From the NCBI GenBank assembly GCA_036231405.1, contig JAZAHK010000003.1, positions 32,001 through 96,000 of the forward strand: DNA of 64,000 bases, written 5' to 3'. Origin of the DNA: Nitrospinota bacterium (lineage in GTDB: Bacteria; UBA8248). Made by a program: the position numbers and the translations under genes. How positions within the stretch are numbered: position 1 is the stretch's first letter; each line of letters begins with the position of its first letter. Below, piece by piece: positions 60,067 through 64,000 of this stretch. The notes below the pieces were generated by a model. The model saw only the letters and a program-made list of their open reading frames with translations. It was not told the DNA's origin and made no database searches.

Positions 60067-63000
60067 ATGAAGAAAAAAGGACTATACAATCCTGCATATG
60101 AGCATGATGCATGCGGTGTGGCGTTTGTAGCAAATATGCATGGAGACAAATCTAGGAAAATCGTAGATCACGCACTTACTGCACTCAAAAATTTGGACCA
60201 TAGGGGAGCATGTGGTTGTGAAGATAATACTGGAGACGGGGCAGGCATCCTCATTCAAATTCCTCACAAATTCCTTGATGGAATTGTCCAAAATGGAAAA
60301 TTCTCTTTGCCTGAAGAAGGGAAATACGGAACAGGACTAGTTTTCCTTCCAAATGAAAAATCCAAAGCACAAAAATGTGAATCAGCCTTCAAAGAAATTG
60401 TTGAAGAAAATGATGCAGAAATTCTCGGATGGCGTGACGTACCTATAGACCTCTCAAGCATTGGAAAAACTGCTAAGGGAGCTGCTCCAAATATTCGACA
60501 GGTCTTTATTGGAAACTTCAAAAATGTAAATTCACAGATGGATATTGAACGTCGTTTATACGTAATCAGAAAATGTATAGAACATAAAATATCAAATTCC
60601 GAAATTGAAGGAAAAGATGATTTTTATATCCCTAGCCTTTCTTGCAAAACAATGATTTACAAAGGAATGCTTCTTACAGAACAACTAGAATCTGTTTTTT
60701 TAGACTTGCAGAATCCTAAGATTGAATCTGGAATTGCCCTAGTTCATTCTCGTTTTTCAACCAACACGTTTCCGTCTTGGAAACTGGCACATCCTTACAG
60801 ATATTTATCCCATAATGGGGAAATCAACACAGTAAGAGGAAATACAAATTGGATGCATGCAAGACAAACCCTTTGTGATTCAGAATTTCTTCCTGATCTC
60901 AAAAAAGTTCTCCCAGTTATAACTGAGGGGGGTAGTGACTCTGCGGTTTTTGATAATGTCTTAGAATTTCTATATATGGGAGGATATGAACTTCCACACG
61001 CAGTTTTGATGATGATACCTGAACCTTGGGCAGGACACGAATTAATGAGTGAAGAGAGAAAAGCCTTTTACGAATATCATGCTTGTTTAATGGAACCCTG
61101 GGATGGACCCGCAAGTATCGCATTTACAGATGGAATATCAATTGGTGCTGTTTTAGATAGAAATGGATTACGCCCTTCACGCTATTATGTCACCAAAGAT
61201 GACCTCGTTATAATGGCTTCAGAAGCAGGAGTATTAGATATCCCTCCTGAGAACGTTTTGATAAAGGAAAGATTACATCCCGGAAGAATTTTTTTGGTAG
61301 ATACATCACAGGGAAGGATTATCGACGATGAAGAACTAAAAAAATCCTATACAGAAAAATTTCCATATAACGAATGGCTCAACAATTTAATTCATATTGG
61401 TGACATACAAGAGATTTCTGAACAAGAAGAGAATGAAGATTCGTCTCTTCAGAAAAGACAACGTGCTTTCGGTTATACTAAGGAAGATTTGGAGTTTTTT
61501 CTGGCTCCGATGGTTGAATTAAAAAATGACCCAATTGGTTCAATGGGTAACGATGCATCCCTAGCACTTTTATCTAACAATTCCAGACTTCTTTATGATT
61601 ATTTTAAGCAACTTTTCGCCCAAGTCACCAATCCTCCACTTGATGGGATTAGAGAAGAGTTAGTAACACAAGTTAGCGTGACTATTGGACCGCAACAAAA
61701 TATTTTTAAACCATCTTCTGATTCGTGCAGTCAAATAAAACTTGATACTCCAATTCTGACAAACAAAAATTTAGCAAAACTTAAAAATGTAGATTTGCCA
61801 GGATTTCAATCTACAACTCTACCTATTTTATTTGACCCAAAGAGTGGTGAAAAAGGGCTGAGAGAATCATTAGACGAATTATTCAAAAAAGCCGACAGGG
61901 CAATTGGAGATGGGAAAACATTGATCATTCTTTCTGATAGAAATGTGTCTGAAAAATTGGCTCCTATTCCGGCGTTACTGGCTACTTCTGGCTTGCATCA
62001 CCACCTCATTAGAAATGGCACAAGGACTAGAACCGATATTATTGTTGAGACCGGCGAAGCCAGACAAGTACATCATATTTGTGTTCTTTTAGGTTATGGT
62101 GCAAAAGCCATCAACCCTTATCTCGCGATGGAAACCATAGAAGACCTTATGAAGAAAGGGGTAATCCAAGAAAATGATTTTGATGTCTCATGTGAAAATT
62201 ACATCAAGGCACTAAATAAGGGGATTTTAAAAGTCACATCCAAAATGGGAATTTCTACCATACAGTCATATACAGGGGCACAAATCTTCGAAGCAGTAGG
62301 ATTAGATCAGGGATTTGTTGATGAATTTTTCACCTGGACCGCAACCCAAATTCAGGGAGTTGACTTAAAGATTATTGCAGAAGAAACCTTGGTACGACAT
62401 AAAAAAACTTTCTCAACTCAACCTTCTGCAAACCCTGAACTTGAATCAGGCGGACTTCTTCAGTGGAGAAGAGATGGAGAATACCATATGTTCAATCCAG
62501 AAACCATTTTCAAACTCCAACACGCTACTTCATCTGGGAACTATCAAATCTTTAAAGAATACTCAGAATTAGTTGACGAACAAAGTTCTAACCTTGCTAC
62601 TCTTAGAGGACTCTTCAATCTGAAATGGGCAGACAAACCCATCCCCTTAGAAGAGGTTGAACCAGTTGAATCTATTTTTAAACGATTTAGTACGGGAGCC
62701 ATGTCTTACGGTTCAATAGGTAGTGAAGCACATGAAACACTAGCAATTGCGATGAACAGAATTGGAGGAAAATCGAATACTGGAGAAGGAGGGGAGGACC
62801 CAAGTCGTTTCACCCCAGATCCTAATGGAGACCTCCGTAGGAGCGCAATGAAACAAGTTGCTTCAGGTAGATTTGGAGTAACTAGCGAATATTTAGTAAA
62901 CGCAGACGATCTCCAAATCAAGATGGCTCAAGGCGCAAAACCTGGAGAAGGAGGACAACTTCCTGGTCATAAAGTTTATCCATGGATTGCTAAAGTTAGA

Positions 63001-64000
63001 TACTCTACTCCTGGAGTTGGATTGATTTCACCTCCACCTCATCATGATATTTATTCGATTGAGGATCTTGCACAGTTAATCTATGACCTTAAAAACTCTA
63101 ACAGACATGCAAGGATTAACGTAAAACTTGTCTCTGAAATTGGCGTAGGCACTGTGGCTGCAGGAGTTTCAAAAGGGCATTCCGATGTGGTGCTTATTTC
63201 CGGACATGATGGAGGTACTGGAGCATCTCCTATTACAAGTATAAAACATGCTGGTACTCCATGGGAATTAGGACTTGCTGAAACTCAACAGGTTCTAGTT
63301 ATGAATCGTTTGAGAGACAGAATAGTCGTGCAAGTTGATGGTCAGATGAAAACAGGTCGAGATGTTGTTATCGGAGCATTGCTTGGCGCTGATGAATTTG
63401 GTTTTGCCACTGCACCATTGGTCGTAATGGGGTGCGTAATGATGCGAGTATGCCATCTAAATACTTGTCCAGTAGGTATTGCTACTCAAGATCCTAATTT
63501 AAGAAAATGTTTTGAAGGTAAACCTGAACACGTAGTTAATTTTTTTCAATTTGTTGCACAAGAGGTGCGTGAATTAATGTCGAAACTAGGATTCCGTACG
63601 ATGGATGAAATGATTGGACGAGTCGATAAAATCGACCATCAAAGTGCTAATGATCACTGGAAAGCTCGTGGAATAGACTTCACTGCACTCCTATATCAAG
63701 ACGAAAAATTTAAAGATTTACCCGTTAAGAACACCACAGGACAAGACCATAAATTAGAAGAAACGCTTGATATGACAGAGATTCTTCCTCGTTGTATAGA
63801 AAGTATTGATACAGGGAATCCAACAAAATTTGAACTCCCGATTAGAAATGTTAATCGAACCGTAGGGACTATAACCGGCTCAGAACTTACGAAAAAATGG
63901 GGTGGTGAAGGCTTGCCAGAAGATACTATTCATATACATTTCAAAGGTTCTGCGGGTCAGAGTTTCGGAGCTTTTTTACCAAAAGGAATGACTTTTGAAC
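60067..64000 (+). CDS. gltB: Glutamate synthase large subunit (3' truncated; missing from the ORF track)
   Basis: [19 protein letters not shown]-terminus, [51 protein letters not shown] and CHLNTCPVG motifs. Confidence 0.97.
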   Translation, partial: MKKKGLYNPAYEHDACGVAFVANMHGDKSRKIVDHALTALKNLDHRGACGCEDNTGDGAGILIQIPHKFLDGIVQNGKFSLPEEGKYGTGLVFLPNEKSKAQKCESAFKEIVEENDAEILGWRDVPIDLSSIGKTAKGAAPNIRQVFIGNFKNVNSQMDIERRLYVIRKCIEHKISNSEIEGKDDFYIPSLSCKTMIYKGMLLTEQLESVFLDLQNPKIESGIALVHSRFSTNTFPSWKLAHPYRYLSHNGEINTVRGNTNWMHARQTLCDSEFLPDLKKVLPVITEGGSDSAVFDNVLEFLYMGGYELPHAVLMMIPEPWAGHELMSEERKAFYEYHACLMEPWDGPASIAFTDGISIGAVLDRNGLRPSRYYVTKDDLVIMASEAGVLDIPPENVLIKERLHPGRIFLVDTSQGRIIDDEELKKSYTEKFPYNEWLNNLIHIGDIQEISEQEENEDSSLQKRQRAFGYTKEDLEFFLAPMVELKNDPIGSMGNDASLALLSNNSRLLYDYFKQLFAQVTNPPLDGIREELVTQVSVTIGPQQNIFKPSSDSCSQIKLDTPILTNKNLAKLKNVDLPGFQSTTLPILFDPKSGEKGLRESLDELFKKADRAIGDGKTLIILSDRNVSEKLAPIPALLATSGLHHHLIRNGTRTRTDIIVETGEARQVHHICVLLGYGAKAINPYLAMETIEDLMKKGVIQENDFDVSCENYIKALNKGILKVTSKMGISTIQSYTGAQIFEAVGLDQGFVDEFFTWTATQIQGVDLKIIAEETLVRHKKTFSTQPSANPELESGGLLQWRRDGEYHMFNPETIFKLQHATSSGNYQIFKEYSELVDEQSSNLATLRGLFNLKWADKPIPLEEVEPVESIFKRFSTGAMSYGSIGSEAHETLAIAMNRIGGKSNTGEGGEDPSRFTPDPNGDLRRSAMKQVASGRFGVTSEYLVNADDLQIKMAQGAKPGEGGQLPGHKVYPWIAKVRYSTPGVGLISPPPHHDIYSIEDLAQLIYDLKNSNRHARINVKLVSEIGVGTVAAGVSKGHSDVVLISGHDGGTGASPITSIKHAGTPWELGLAETQQVLVMNRLRDRIVVQVDGQMKTGRDVVIGALLGADEFGFATAPLVVMGCVMMRVCHLNTCPVGIATQDPNLRKCFEGKPEHVVNFFQFVAQEVRELMSKLGFRTMDEMIGRVDKIDHQSANDHWKARGIDFTALLYQDEKFKDLPVKNTTGQDHKLEETLDMTEILPRCIESIDTGNPTKFELPIRNVNRTVGTITGSELTKKWGGEGLPEDTIHIHFKGSAGQSFGAFLPKGMTFE

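Overview
AT-rich chromosomal window from a diderm bacterium (it encodes a porin, lipoproteins and Tat; the gene order looks like Nitrospinota/Tectomicrobia/deltaproteobacteria-type lineages, which is inference only). Left third: tatA/B-tatC-pyrF, ccdA, an aminotransferase-serA-hisZ-purA run, a porin with a long structured leader, TPP riboswitch-thiC, a catabolic-looking cluster (LLM monooxygenase, VOC, HpcH aldolase, FAH, LeuCD-like) and hemE-hemH-hemY. Middle: tRNA-Cys(GCA) acts as an integration hotspot. A 47-bp copy of its 3' half recurs 3.6 kb downstream. Both copies carry IHF-like sites and repeated TGATGTAG/TGATGCAG boxes, a single gene sits between nested 21-bp direct repeats, and no integrase is present. 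This reads as a tandem, integrase-less cassette array whose cargo is membrane or secreted proteins. Accessory catabolic and ABC genes follow. Right third: a complete F420 operon (cofG with a CTG start, cofH, an FrhB/FpoF-like Fe-S protein, a stand-alone FbiB-C nitroreductase, cofD, cofC, cofE), a CdaA-YbbR fusion, amtB, an uncalled 45-aa lipoprotein and the 5' part of gltB. All family calls come from recognising motifs by eye; no searches were run.
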